Shown one piece after another: positions 15,781 through 24,396 of a stretch of 32,000 bases of DNA. The position numbers and the translations under genes were made by a program. The stretch lies in contig NC_014833.1 in NCBI RefSeq assembly GCF_000179635.2, forward strand, positions 1,710,001-1,742,000. Direction: 5' to 3'. Position 1 is the first letter of the stretch; every line of letters begins with the position of its first letter. The notes under the pieces were generated by a model. It did not search any database. It had not been told where the DNA came from and saw only the letters and a program-made list of their open reading frames with translations. This DNA comes from Ruminococcus albus 7 = DSM 20455 (GTDB lineage: Bacteria; Bacillota; Clostridia; Oscillospirales; Ruminococcaceae).

Positions 15781-15935
15781 TTTTGTCTCCTTGTCAAAGT
15801 GAAGTCAGTTGTTAGCTGACTTTATACGGCCTGTTTTTTTGTTATATTACACAAAATAAAGGTGTAAAAATGCTTGATAAATAAAAATATACTGTGCAAT
15901 ATGACGAAAAATTATTGAATTCAGATCCGCTTAAC

Positions 15936-15966
15936 CAAAACGGCAGGCCATTGTTCAGCCTGCCGT
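15936..15966 (-). terminator. Intrinsic terminator of the solute-binding protein gene
   Basis: On the minus strand: ACGGCAGGC-loop-GCCTGCCGT followed by TTTTGG. Confidence 0.65.
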
Positions 15967-16014
15967 CTTGAAAAACCGGAATATAAAAATGAAGGATATT
16001 AAAGCAAGATCATA

Positions 16015-17457
16015 TTATTCCTCAGTCTTTTCCTGAGCCTCTTTTATCAGATAGTCGAGAGCCTTTTCGTTCTCTGCTACAGTAGAGGTCCAGGTATGGG
16101 ACTCGGCAGGGTTCATAGAATTCTTGATTATATTATCAGTCAGATTTGACAGATCACTGGAAACGCCCTGTGCAAACTCAAATACAGGATGCTCAGCTGC
16201 TTTTGCATAGATCTCATCGCGCATCTGGAGCATTTCATCTGTCCAGCCGTAATCTTTCTTATATTGATCAAGTGTGATCTGGTGAGCTTCTTCGTCTATT
16301 TCTGCATATCTTGTGCAGTCGAGCCAAGCAGCAACACCCTCAGGATTCTTAGCACCCTTGGCGATGCAGAATCCGTGGATCCTTGAAGGAACGTACATAT
16401 TGTCTGAATCCTTAGCACAAGGAACAGGAACGAACATTACTTCACCTGCAGCAAGATCACCGTAAGGAGCTGTTACGCTGGGAGCATCTTCGATAGCCCA
16501 CAGACCTATGGGATAGAACAGTGTATCGCCTGATGCTATACCTGTACCGAATACGTCGCCTCTTACCTTCCACTCATGCAGATGTTTGGGGTATACAACG
16601 TTGTTCTTCTGGAGCTCATACATCATGTTCTGTGCTTTGGCGAGCTCAGGAGTATTTATGTTGTTTACGATGTTGCCATTCTCCATACCTACAAGAGGTT
16701 TACCGGAGGATTCAGTGAGTGCATTCTCGTAATACCAGCCGTCCATAGCCCATTTATCAGCTTCGGCGTCTGTAAAGTCTACGCACATCTCGGAAAGCTT
16801 GTCCCAGTTCCATTCGCCCTTGTAGTAAAGTTCGGCGGGATCCTCATAACCGTTGTCTTCCATAACAGTTTTATTGTATATCCAGATATAACTTGGATCA
16901 ACACGGGAAACGGCTACATAGTGTTTTCCCTTGTACATAAACTGATCGTTAGCATTCTTCATCTGGCTCCACAGCGGATCATCGAAATTGATATAATCAT
17001 CAATAGGCTCGATCATGTTCTTTATGGCGCCCTTGGGGAATACGTCCATATCGTCAGCACCGATGAAATCGGGTGAATTGCCTGCCATGATAGAATTTGC
17101 GAGATCGTCGAACTTAGTTTCCCATGTTGTCTGTCTGTAATTTATCTTGCCGTTATACTTGGTCTGGAACAGAGCAAGGTCAACACCGATGTCCTTATCT
17201 GCTGAAGCAGTCGGGTTGATATCATAGAATGAGAACCATACGATCTCATTGTTTTCCAGTTCTCTGACATTTTCCATGCTGTCAGCAAGTCTTGAAACAA
17301 CATCCTGCTGATCTTCTTCCAGCTTTTTTTCAGGCATCGAAGATGCGTTGTTGCCGTTTTTGTCTGAATCGCCGTTATTGCCTGAGCCGCACGCTGTTAC
17401 GCCTATAGTGAGAGCCAGTGCAAGCAGTGCTGCTGCTGTGAGTTTTAATTTTCTCAT
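16015..17457 (-). CDS. ABC-type sugar/oligosaccharide solute-binding lipoprotein (family 1), with no adjacent permease genes
   Basis: Lipobox GVTACGSG. The 480-aa size and Trp/Tyr/Asp-rich composition are typical of carbohydrate SBPs. RBS AGGAGGG is present. The gene starts 37 nt after the upstream gene's stop. Confidence 0.85.
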   Translation of the reverse strand: MRKLKLTAAALLALALTIGVTACGSGNNGDSDKNGNNASSMPEKKLEEDQQDVVSRLADSMENVRELENNEIVWFSFYDINPTASADKDIGVDLALFQTKYNGKINYRQTTWETKFDDLANSIMAGNSPDFIGADDMDVFPKGAIKNMIEPIDDYINFDDPLWSQMKNANDQFMYKGKHYVAVSRVDPSYIWIYNKTVMEDNGYEDPAELYYKGEWNWDKLSEMCVDFTDAEADKWAMDGWYYENALTESSGKPLVGMENGNIVNNINTPELAKAQNMMYELQKNNVVYPKHLHEWKVRGDVFGTGIASGDTLFYPIGLWAIEDAPSVTAPYGDLAAGEVMFVPVPCAKDSDNMYVPSRIHGFCIAKGAKNPEGVAAWLDCTRYAEIDEEAHQITLDQYKKDYGWTDEMLQMRDEIYAKAAEHPVFEFAQGVSSDLSNLTDNIIKNSMNPAESHTWTSTVAENEKALDYLIKEAQEKTEE

Positions 17458-17494
17458 GAATATCCCTCCTGATTACCCTATAGTTACGATATTA

Positions 17495-18346
17495 TCAGTG
17501 CTTCTTCTTTGCAACTATCGCACCTGCAGCCGCAACAGACATCATACCAAGTACTGCACCTGTTGCCGATCCTGTGTTGGTGTTTGAGTTATTTAATGTA
17601 TTGGAAACTGCTGAAGATGCAGATGAGGTACTGTCAGTATTGCTTGACTTTGATTCAGCTTTGCTTTCCTTCTTGGAGTCTTCCTTGCTTTCGACCTTTT
17701 TGTTATCACCTGCAGCATCAGGTGCGCCGAAATCTATTGTAAAATACAGTGTACCGCCGTTGAAAGCACCTTCCTCATCCCAGCCTGCAACTTCGGGGTT
17801 TGCGGTCAGCAGCACTTCCTGAGTATCCTTATCGACTTTGTCAGTAGGACGGATGTGGAATCTTATATCGCCCTCGGCATCACGCGGCATCTCTGTGATA
17901 TTCATCATATCGTTGAATACTGTTTCAGTGCCGTCCTCAGCAACGAATTTAGCCTCAGTAACGCTCAGCTCGATTGGATAAGTGGAATCGTTTTCGAGAC
18001 CTGCAGCTTTTATTGCCTTGTCGAGATTGCATATCATAACGCCCATTTCACCAAGTGAGCCTTTGTTGGATATGGTCTTGTCTGCCAGAATGGGGCTGAT
18101 CTTGTATTCAACGGATATCTTGCCCTCAGCATCGATCCCGAACCATTCGCTCTGGTTCCAGGACCACTTACCGTCGTTGTTCATGAAGAATCCCATAGCA
18201 CCTACGCCGTACCACAGATCGTTCTTTGCTGCATCAGTATCACTGGGAGCACAGATATCAGAGAGCTTTGTTGCGGATACTGTAATAGTCATAGCTGCTG
18301 CGATAAATGCTGCGGAAAAACCCGCAAAAATTCTTTTAGCTTTCAT
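17495..18346 (-). CDS. Anchored surface protein of unknown function (possible glycan-binding beta-sandwich)
   Basis: Signal peptide, then an aromatic-rich roughly 200-aa domain and a Lys/Ser/Glu linker. The C-terminus reads NTNTG-hydrophobic-KKKH. RBS GGAGG is present. Confidence 0.75.
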   Translation of the reverse strand: MKAKRIFAGFSAAFIAAAMTITVSATKLSDICAPSDTDAAKNDLWYGVGAMGFFMNNDGKWSWNQSEWFGIDAEGKISVEYKISPILADKTISNKGSLGEMGVMICNLDKAIKAAGLENDSTYPIELSVTEAKFVAEDGTETVFNDMMNITEMPRDAEGDIRFHIRPTDKVDKDTQEVLLTANPEVAGWDEEGAFNGGTLYFTIDFGAPDAAGDNKKVESKEDSKKESKAESKSSNTDSTSSASSAVSNTLNNSNTNTGSATGAVLGMMSVAAAGAIVAKKKH

Positions 18347-18574
18347 GTTCTATTCCTCCGTTATTATTTCATACAGGACGTTCCTCGTCCCTTTCCTGAC
18401 AATGATTATATCTCAAAAATTGATTTTTTTATATAAAAAACGTAACTTAAATATTCAAATAATAATATAACCTTTGTTCATGCTCTCTAAATTTCAGTTT
18501 TCAATACCCTCTTAATATGGCAAAGTGTACTTAAGCTCAACTTATCTAATTAAAAATTTCTCTCTATAAAGATG

Positions 18575-20374
18575 TTATTTTTTCTTCTTTGCACGGAATA
18601 CACCGAATGCTGCGCCGAGCAAAGCAGCGCCTGCTATACCGACTGAAACGGCAGTGGTCTTTCTTTTGCTGCTGTTTTTCTTTTTGCCCTCAGTTTCTGA
18701 GGATTTCTGTTCTTTGGCATCTGCGGCATTATTTTTTGGTATGCTTTCCTTATCCTTGGCTATCACCAGCAGGGATACAGTTTCTGGTTCCATATCATAT
18801 ATAATAGTATTGTCAGATACCTGAACTGCGTTATTGCTGTCTGTCATATCAAATACCTGCGGCGCGAAATTATTAAGCCCGTAAAGGTGGACATAACTAT
18901 ATTCGCCGCCTTTTATCTTGATGTTAGCGGTTGTCTTGTCATTCATGGATTTGTTAGTAACAACAAGTGTAACAACATCGGTGTTGTCACCGTAGGTTGA
19001 AGCATAGGCTGTAGATAAACCGGTGTTGTCAGATACGGTCTGTCTGAGTGTATCACCAAAACGACCACCGTTACCATCGAAATTTGTGAAAAGATCAATG
19101 GCAGCGCACTGATAATCTGCCTGCATGGCAAACAGAGTAGCAAGATATACATCGTTCTCCATGAAAGCGCCAAGAGCGTCAGCTTCGGCTATTGCACCGC
19201 ATATATCGTAGCTTCCGCCGAAATCATATTCGGATATAGCTATCTTTGTTCCGGGATAGTATTTGTCTATGGACTGCTTGACATTAGGCAGCAGCGGCAG
19301 GAAAGTTCCGCCTGTATCGGTTATCCAGCTGTCCTCTTTGTAGGTATCATCCCACAGACTCCTTACCGAATCGAACCTGGCTTGTACACAGCCCTCGTCG
19401 GAATAATGCTTGCATGAGCGTTCTCCACAGGGCCCCTTTGCTTCGGTATAGTAATGTATATCCAGCGCATCCAGCAAACGTGTACCGGCTTCATCCTCTG
19501 CTTTTTTCATGCTGTCAAGATAGTAGTCGATGAACCAGCGGTAATCATCTCTCTCATTTTTTATATCTTTCCAGTCGGGCGCAGAGCATAGATCCACAAA
19601 TGCGCTGTAACCGAAAAGCGCAGGTCCGAAGATCTCTGCATCGGGATCAATTTGTTTTACAGCCTTAGCCATAGTCACATTTTTATCGACGATCTCAGCA
19701 CAGGTGGTCTTCTCGGGATGCATGAGCGCATGGGTCGAATTCCAGAGAGCGGGTTCATTATCCATTGAATACCCGCGTATCCCGCCGTTCTTTGCTGAGC
19801 CGAGGTTTTTTACAAGATAGTTTACGTACTCGTCCATGTACACAGTTCCGTCTGTGAGATCGGGTGTGTCAGCAAAATCGCTTCCCTTTATCAGCTCGAC
19901 TTTGTTCCATCTGTTTGAAGGTGCTTTCTCGCTCTGTGATACTATGCCGTCCATATCAGCAGAAACATATCCCGCAAGCTGTAGGGTTGTCATTGGATAA
20001 GCGTTGTTCTTTTCAGCACAGCGCCGGCTGAGATGTATGGACATAGCGCCGGGTACATCGGCAAGTTCTTTCTCCATGGTCTGCTGGAAGTAATTATCAG
20101 ATGTATGTTCCTTGTCAGAACCTGCGTTTGAAGCGTTTGTTTCCCAGTTGTATGCTGAAGACCTGTTGCCCCCTGCGCGAATGGCAGTCGGCATAACATC
20201 TCCGCCCATTAGTTCTTCATTTATACCATATATATAAGGGGAGATCGTTTTTGTCTCACCCGAAAGGTCAACTGCGATGTCTACAGTATTTCCATCTGCA
20301 CCAGCGCTTACAGCACAGGTGGCGATTATTGCTGCAGCAGCTGCCAGCTCAGCAGTTTTTCTTATCCTTATCAT
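18575..20374 (-). CDS. GH44 endoglucanase/xyloglucanase with a C-terminal membrane anchor
   Basis: GH44 signatures are RAGGNRSSAYNWETNASNAGSD, YSMDNEPALW (acid/base Glu), IAISEYDFGG (nucleophile Glu), YRWFIDYYLD and FLPLLPNV. The tail reads VGIAGAALLGAAFGVF-RAKKKK. No dockerin or recognisable CBM is present. Confidence 0.9.
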   Translation of the reverse strand: MIRIRKTAELAAAAAIIATCAVSAGADGNTVDIAVDLSGETKTISPYIYGINEELMGGDVMPTAIRAGGNRSSAYNWETNASNAGSDKEHTSDNYFQQTMEKELADVPGAMSIHLSRRCAEKNNAYPMTTLQLAGYVSADMDGIVSQSEKAPSNRWNKVELIKGSDFADTPDLTDGTVYMDEYVNYLVKNLGSAKNGGIRGYSMDNEPALWNSTHALMHPEKTTCAEIVDKNVTMAKAVKQIDPDAEIFGPALFGYSAFVDLCSAPDWKDIKNERDDYRWFIDYYLDSMKKAEDEAGTRLLDALDIHYYTEAKGPCGERSCKHYSDEGCVQARFDSVRSLWDDTYKEDSWITDTGGTFLPLLPNVKQSIDKYYPGTKIAISEYDFGGSYDICGAIAEADALGAFMENDVYLATLFAMQADYQCAAIDLFTNFDGNGGRFGDTLRQTVSDNTGLSTAYASTYGDNTDVVTLVVTNKSMNDKTTANIKIKGGEYSYVHLYGLNNFAPQVFDMTDSNNAVQVSDNTIIYDMEPETVSLLVIAKDKESIPKNNAADAKEQKSSETEGKKKNSSKRKTTAVSVGIAGAALLGAAFGVFRAKKKK

Positions 20375-20450
20375 TTAGTGTTCCTCCGTTGTGAGACTGC
20401 GGTAAATTTCCGCAGCCTTAATATAAAAAATGGATATAATACCCTCTCGT

Positions 20451-20479
20451 ATTTTAACATATTATTCAGAATTTGTCAA
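20451..20479 (-). promoter_or_regulatory. Sigma-A promoter of the GH44 gene
   Basis: On the minus strand: TTGACA (20479-20474), 17-nt spacer, TGtTAAAAT (-10 at 20456-20451). The roughly 70-nt leader contains the hairpin CTGCGG-aaattta-CCGCAG (20395-20413). Confidence 0.6.
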
Positions 20480-20657
20480 TAGTAAACGCCTTTATTTTGT
20501 AAATTTTTGTTAATCCAAAAGCAATAAACGGTAAGTGGCTGCATTGATATAGCAATATCGGGCTTGAATTTGGGCTTATACGGTGATATCATAAAATAAA
20601 GGTCGATTTCACGAATTGTGAAAAGGGCTGTATAAGTATAAAAAATTTACTAAACAC

Positions 20658-20687
20658 TTGAAATGTCACAGTGAATTGTGCTATAAT
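20658..20687 (+). promoter_or_regulatory. Candidate promoter of the two-component operon
   Basis: TTGAAA (20658-20663), 18-nt spacer, TGcTATAAT (-10 at 20682-20687). Confidence 0.5.
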
Positions 20688-20751
20688 TATTTAAAGTAAT
20701 TTTAAGCGGTGCATGGTATGATATACCAAAACATCAAAGGAGCTGTGATAT

Positions 20752-21426
20752 ATGAGACTGCTGCTTGCAGAAGATGAAAAGGAGCTTTCCAATGCTCTGG
20801 TAGCTGTACTGAAACATAATAATTATTCTGTTGATGCTGTGTATAACGGTCTTGATGCTTATGATTATATCATTGGTGCTGAGTATGACGGAATCGTACT
20901 TGATATCATGATGCCGGGACTTGACGGCTTGACTGTGCTTGAACGTATCCGCGAAAAAGGTATACAGACTCCTGTGCTGCTGCTCACAGCAAAGGCTCAG
21001 GTTGAGGACAGGATAGCCGGACTTGATACAGGGGCAGATGATTATCTCACAAAGCCCTTTGCTATGGGTGAACTGTTGGCGCGGATAAGGGCTATGACAA
21101 GGCGCAGGGCTGAATTTTCGCCTAATACGCTGAAAGTCGGAAATGTCACTCTTGACAGAGAAAGGTTTGTCATTTCCACCAAAAACGGTGAGACCAAACT
21201 TGGCAATAAAGAATTCCAGGTATTGGAGATGTTAATGCTCAACCGCAATATCCTTATTTCCACAGAAAGGCTTATGGAGAAGATATGGGGTTTTGATGCT
21301 GAGGCTGAGATAAGCGTGGTGTGGGTGTATATATCCTACATCAGGAAGAAGCTTTCTGCGGTCGGTGCCGATGTGGAGATAAAGGCCAGCCGCGGTGTGG
21401 GATACACGCTGGAGGTAAAGGAATGA
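20752..21426 (+). CDS. OmpR/PhoB-family response regulator
   Basis: The receiver has the expected acidic pocket and phospho-Asp context (LLAEDE, VLDIMMPGLDG, LTAK). The C-terminal winged helix contains VEIKASRGVGY. RBS AAGGAG is present. Confidence 0.92.
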   Translation: MRLLLAEDEKELSNALVAVLKHNNYSVDAVYNGLDAYDYIIGAEYDGIVLDIMMPGLDGLTVLERIREKGIQTPVLLLTAKAQVEDRIAGLDTGADDYLTKPFAMGELLARIRAMTRRRAEFSPNTLKVGNVTLDRERFVISTKNGETKLGNKEFQVLEMLMLNRNILISTERLMEKIWGFDAEAEISVVWVYISYIRKKLSAVGADVEIKASRGVGYTLEVKE

Positions 21427-22724
21427 TAAAAAGACTTCGGCGCAGGTTCATATTGATAGCTGCCTCAAGTGTGATGGCGGTAGAGCTTCTTGTGGTAGGT
21501 CTGATAAATGTCATATATATATCGCAGATAAACAAGCGCGAGTTACAGCTCATGCAGATACTGTGTGACAATGACGGCAGATTTCCCGAATTCGGCAAGC
21601 ACTTTGACCAGAAACCCGACAGTAGGAATGAAAACGTTTCCATACCTCCCCCCGAAAAGAAGTACAGACTTGGTGACCTTGGATTTAAGGTGAATGAAGA
21701 AACACGATATCAGACAAGGTATTTCTATATTCGCTATGATGAGAATATGAATCCTGCTGAGATAAATACGGGTCACGTAGCTGCAGTCACCTCAGGTGAG
21801 GCGCTGGGCTATGCGAAAGAGGTCGGGGATTCCGGCGAAACATCAGGTTTTATGGGCGATTACCGCTTTTCGGTAATTGAAAAAGAAAACGGTAAGCTGT
21901 ACATCTTTTTGGATTGCCGTGAAGATATACGAATGAAGCGTTCTTTCATGCTCATATCTTCGGCTATCTCTCTGGGGGGCTGGCTGCTGGTGTGCCTGCT
22001 CATAATTATATGCTCGCGGGCAGCTGTAAAACCGTTTATCGAGAATTTCGAGAAGCAGAAAATGTTCATCACTGATGCCGGACATGAGATAAAAACTCCT
22101 CTTGCTATAATACAGGCGAATGCAGAGGTCATCGAGATGATAAACGGCACCAGTGAGTGGACTCAGAGTATAACCAACCAGGTCACAAGGCTGAACGGGC
22201 TGACAGCAGATCTGCTGCGGCTGTCGCGTATGGAAGAGGATGGAGTCAGACAAACATTTGCTGAGTTCGATCTCTCTGAAGCCTTTGCAGATATAGCAGG
22301 ACCGTTCAGGACACTTGCAGAGAACAAGGGGCTATCCTTTGATGTCAAAGCTCAGGAGGGTATACGCATAAACGGCGACAGCTCCGCTATCAGACAGCTT
22401 ATATCCATACTTACAGAGAATGCAGTAAAGTATTGCGATGAAGGTGGCTGCATAACTGTTTCATTGGAAAAGACAAGCAGCGGCAGACACGCTTTGATAA
22501 GTACAGAGAATGACTGCGCTGAACCTCCCGAACATCCTGAACGTCTGTTTGACCGCTTTTACAGGGCAGATAAGTCACGCGGACGTGAGGAAGGTGAAGC
22601 TGCATCAGGCTACGGCATAGGACTTTCGGTAGCCAGGGCAGTGGTAATGTCCCACAAAGGCAGGATATCCTGTAAAGCTGAAGACGGCAGGATAGTATTC
22701 ACCGCGAAGCTGCGGTGCCTGTAA
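21423..22724 (+). CDS. Sensor histidine kinase (two TM helices flanking a roughly 150-aa extracytoplasmic domain)
   Basis: The start ATG overlaps the RR stop (ATGA at 21423-21426). H-box is DAGHEIKTPL and the N/G boxes are ENAVKY and SGYGIGLS. The ORF-track start at 21321 lies inside the RR gene and is rejected. Confidence 0.88.
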   Translation: MIKRLRRRFILIAASSVMAVELLVVGLINVIYISQINKRELQLMQILCDNDGRFPEFGKHFDQKPDSRNENVSIPPPEKKYRLGDLGFKVNEETRYQTRYFYIRYDENMNPAEINTGHVAAVTSGEALGYAKEVGDSGETSGFMGDYRFSVIEKENGKLYIFLDCREDIRMKRSFMLISSAISLGGWLLVCLLIIICSRAAVKPFIENFEKQKMFITDAGHEIKTPLAIIQANAEVIEMINGTSEWTQSITNQVTRLNGLTADLLRLSRMEEDGVRQTFAEFDLSEAFADIAGPFRTLAENKGLSFDVKAQEGIRINGDSSAIRQLISILTENAVKYCDEGGCITVSLEKTSSGRHALISTENDCAEPPEHPERLFDRFYRADKSRGREEGEAASGYGIGLSVARAVVMSHKGRISCKAEDGRIVFTAKLRCL

Positions 22725-22837
22725 AAAATGAAATAATATATTTCAGATAACTTACACATACGGTTAAGCTTCAATTAAGGTTGATAGCTTATAATAATAA
22801 CCATAGAAGAAAAACACATGGGAAAGGAATGATTTAC

Positions 22838-23602
22838 ATGGGTGCTGTACAGGAGATTTTCAAGAGGGTCGAAAAAAAGTACATAGTTACTGATGAACAG
22901 CAGGAAGAACTTGTACGTGTTATGGCAGGTAAAGCTGCTGCAGATAATTACGGGCTCACAACTATCTGCAACATATACTACGACACTCCGGATCATCAGC
23001 TGATAAGGACTTCTATGGAGAAGCCTGTTTATAAGGAAAAGCTGCGCATACGCAGCTACGGCGTGCCCGATAAGGACAGCAAGGTGTTCGTGGAGCTGAA
23101 GAAGAAGTACAAAGGTGTAGTCTATAAGAGGCGTGTTGATATGTCGCTGATAGATTCCTATGAATTTGTAAACTTCGGTGTTAACCCCGGAAAGAATCCT
23201 CAGATCGAGAAGGAGATAGCGTATTTTCTTAAATACTACCGCGATATAGGCCCCGCGATGTATCTCAGCTACGACAGGATCGCTTATGCAGGTACTGATA
23301 ATCCCGACCTGCGTATCACCTTTGACGGCAACATCACCTACCGCGAGGAGGAAACAAGGCTTGAAAAAGGGGTGTGGGGCGATAAGCTTCTTGATCCGCA
23401 CACAAGGATCATGGAGATAAAGATCCCCGGCGCTATGCCTCTGTGGCTCAGCTTTTTGCTTGATCGTATGAAAATCTATCCGGCAAGCTTTTCAAAATAC
23501 GGAGAGGCATTTAAAAGGGTCTTCAGTGAAGCCCTTGATCCCAACGAATACTTAAAGCTTGGCGGGACGAAAAGTAAAGGAAAGGTGAATGATTGTGCTT
23601 AA
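22838..23602 (+). CDS. VTC-domain protein (polyphosphate-polymerase-like triphosphate tunnel / CYTH-like fold)
   Basis: Charged beta-strand motifs FKRVEKKYIV, KLRIRSY, VFVELKKKYKGVVYKRR and IMEIKIP are present. The start is set at ATG 22838, 8-9 nt after GGAAAGGA. 254 aa. Confidence 0.78.
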   Translation: MGAVQEIFKRVEKKYIVTDEQQEELVRVMAGKAAADNYGLTTICNIYYDTPDHQLIRTSMEKPVYKEKLRIRSYGVPDKDSKVFVELKKKYKGVVYKRRVDMSLIDSYEFVNFGVNPGKNPQIEKEIAYFLKYYRDIGPAMYLSYDRIAYAGTDNPDLRITFDGNITYREEETRLEKGVWGDKLLDPHTRIMEIKIPGAMPLWLSFLLDRMKIYPASFSKYGEAFKRVFSEALDPNEYLKLGGTKSKGKVNDCA

Positions 23603-24293
23603 TGAGATCTATATGAATGCGGCGGACCTTACGTCCGGTTTAGGAGCGTCAGCTGTTACTACCAAAACTTTTGCTGTATGCTCACTGGTTTCCCTTTTGG
23701 TAGGAGCAGTTATAGCAGTTGCTTTCTGCTTCAGACAGCATAAGAGCAAGAGCTTCTTTACTACCCTTGCGCTGCTGCCGCTCATCGTGCAGGTTATAAT
23801 AATGATGGTCAACGGCAATCTTGGAACAGGCGTTGCGGTAGCAGGTGCCTTCAGTCTTGTAAGATTCCGTTCGATGCAGGGAAATGCCAAGGATATACTT
23901 GCCATATTTATGGCTATGGCAGTTGGCATCGCCACCGGTACCGATAATCTTAAACTTGCGATAATATTCACTCTTGTGGTATGTGCAGTGAACATTGGAT
24001 ATCTTGTACTTCCTCTGGGAATGGATGACAACAGCGACAAGGTGCTGACCATCACTATCCCCGAAAGTCTTGATTACAGCGATGTATTTGACGATATCTT
24101 CAGAAAGTTCACTGTAAAGGCAGACCTTGTACAGGTAAAGACAACCAATATGGGCAGCCTTTTCAAACTGAAATATGATATCACGCTGAAAAAAGGTGTA
24201 AGCGAAAAAGCTTTCATAGACGAACTCAGAGTCCGTAACGGCAATCTTGAGATACTCTGCTGCAGAAGAATGCCTGAAACATCACAGCTCTGA
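23589..24293 (+). CDS. DUF4956-like integral membrane protein (4-5 TM helices plus soluble C-terminal domain)
   Basis: It overlaps the VTC gene by 14 nt. The N-terminal 140 aa are hydrophobic, and the C-terminal roughly 90 aa are charged (VLTITIPESLDYSDVFDDIF...). Confidence 0.72.
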   Translation: MIVLNEIYMNAADLTSGLGASAVTTKTFAVCSLVSLLVGAVIAVAFCFRQHKSKSFFTTLALLPLIVQVIIMMVNGNLGTGVAVAGAFSLVRFRSMQGNAKDILAIFMAMAVGIATGTDNLKLAIIFTLVVCAVNIGYLVLPLGMDDNSDKVLTITIPESLDYSDVFDDIFRKFTVKADLVQVKTTNMGSLFKLKYDITLKKGVSEKAFIDELRVRNGNLEILCCRRMPETSQL

Positions 24294-24302
24294 TAGCTTT
24301 AT

Positions 24303-24344
24303 AATACTCGCCCGAAGCCGATATTTTCGGGTGAGTATTATTTG
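24303..24344 (+). terminator. Strong hairpin (terminator or attenuator) between DUF4956 and the beta-helix lipoprotein gene
   Basis: AATACTCGCCCGAA / TTCGGGTGAGTATT forms a 14-bp stem with one G-U pair and a 9-nt loop. It is followed only by ATTTG. Confidence 0.5.
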
Positions 24345-24396
24345 AATCAAATTTTAAGTTATAACATTTAACCAAATGAAATGGGAGGCGGCATTA

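Noticed and set aside
22775-23401. 208-aa minus-strand ORF opposite the VTC-domain gene
   Set aside because: The plus-strand frame carries the VTC/CYTH motifs and is translationally coupled to the next gene. The antisense ORF is hydrophobic/low-complexity noise.
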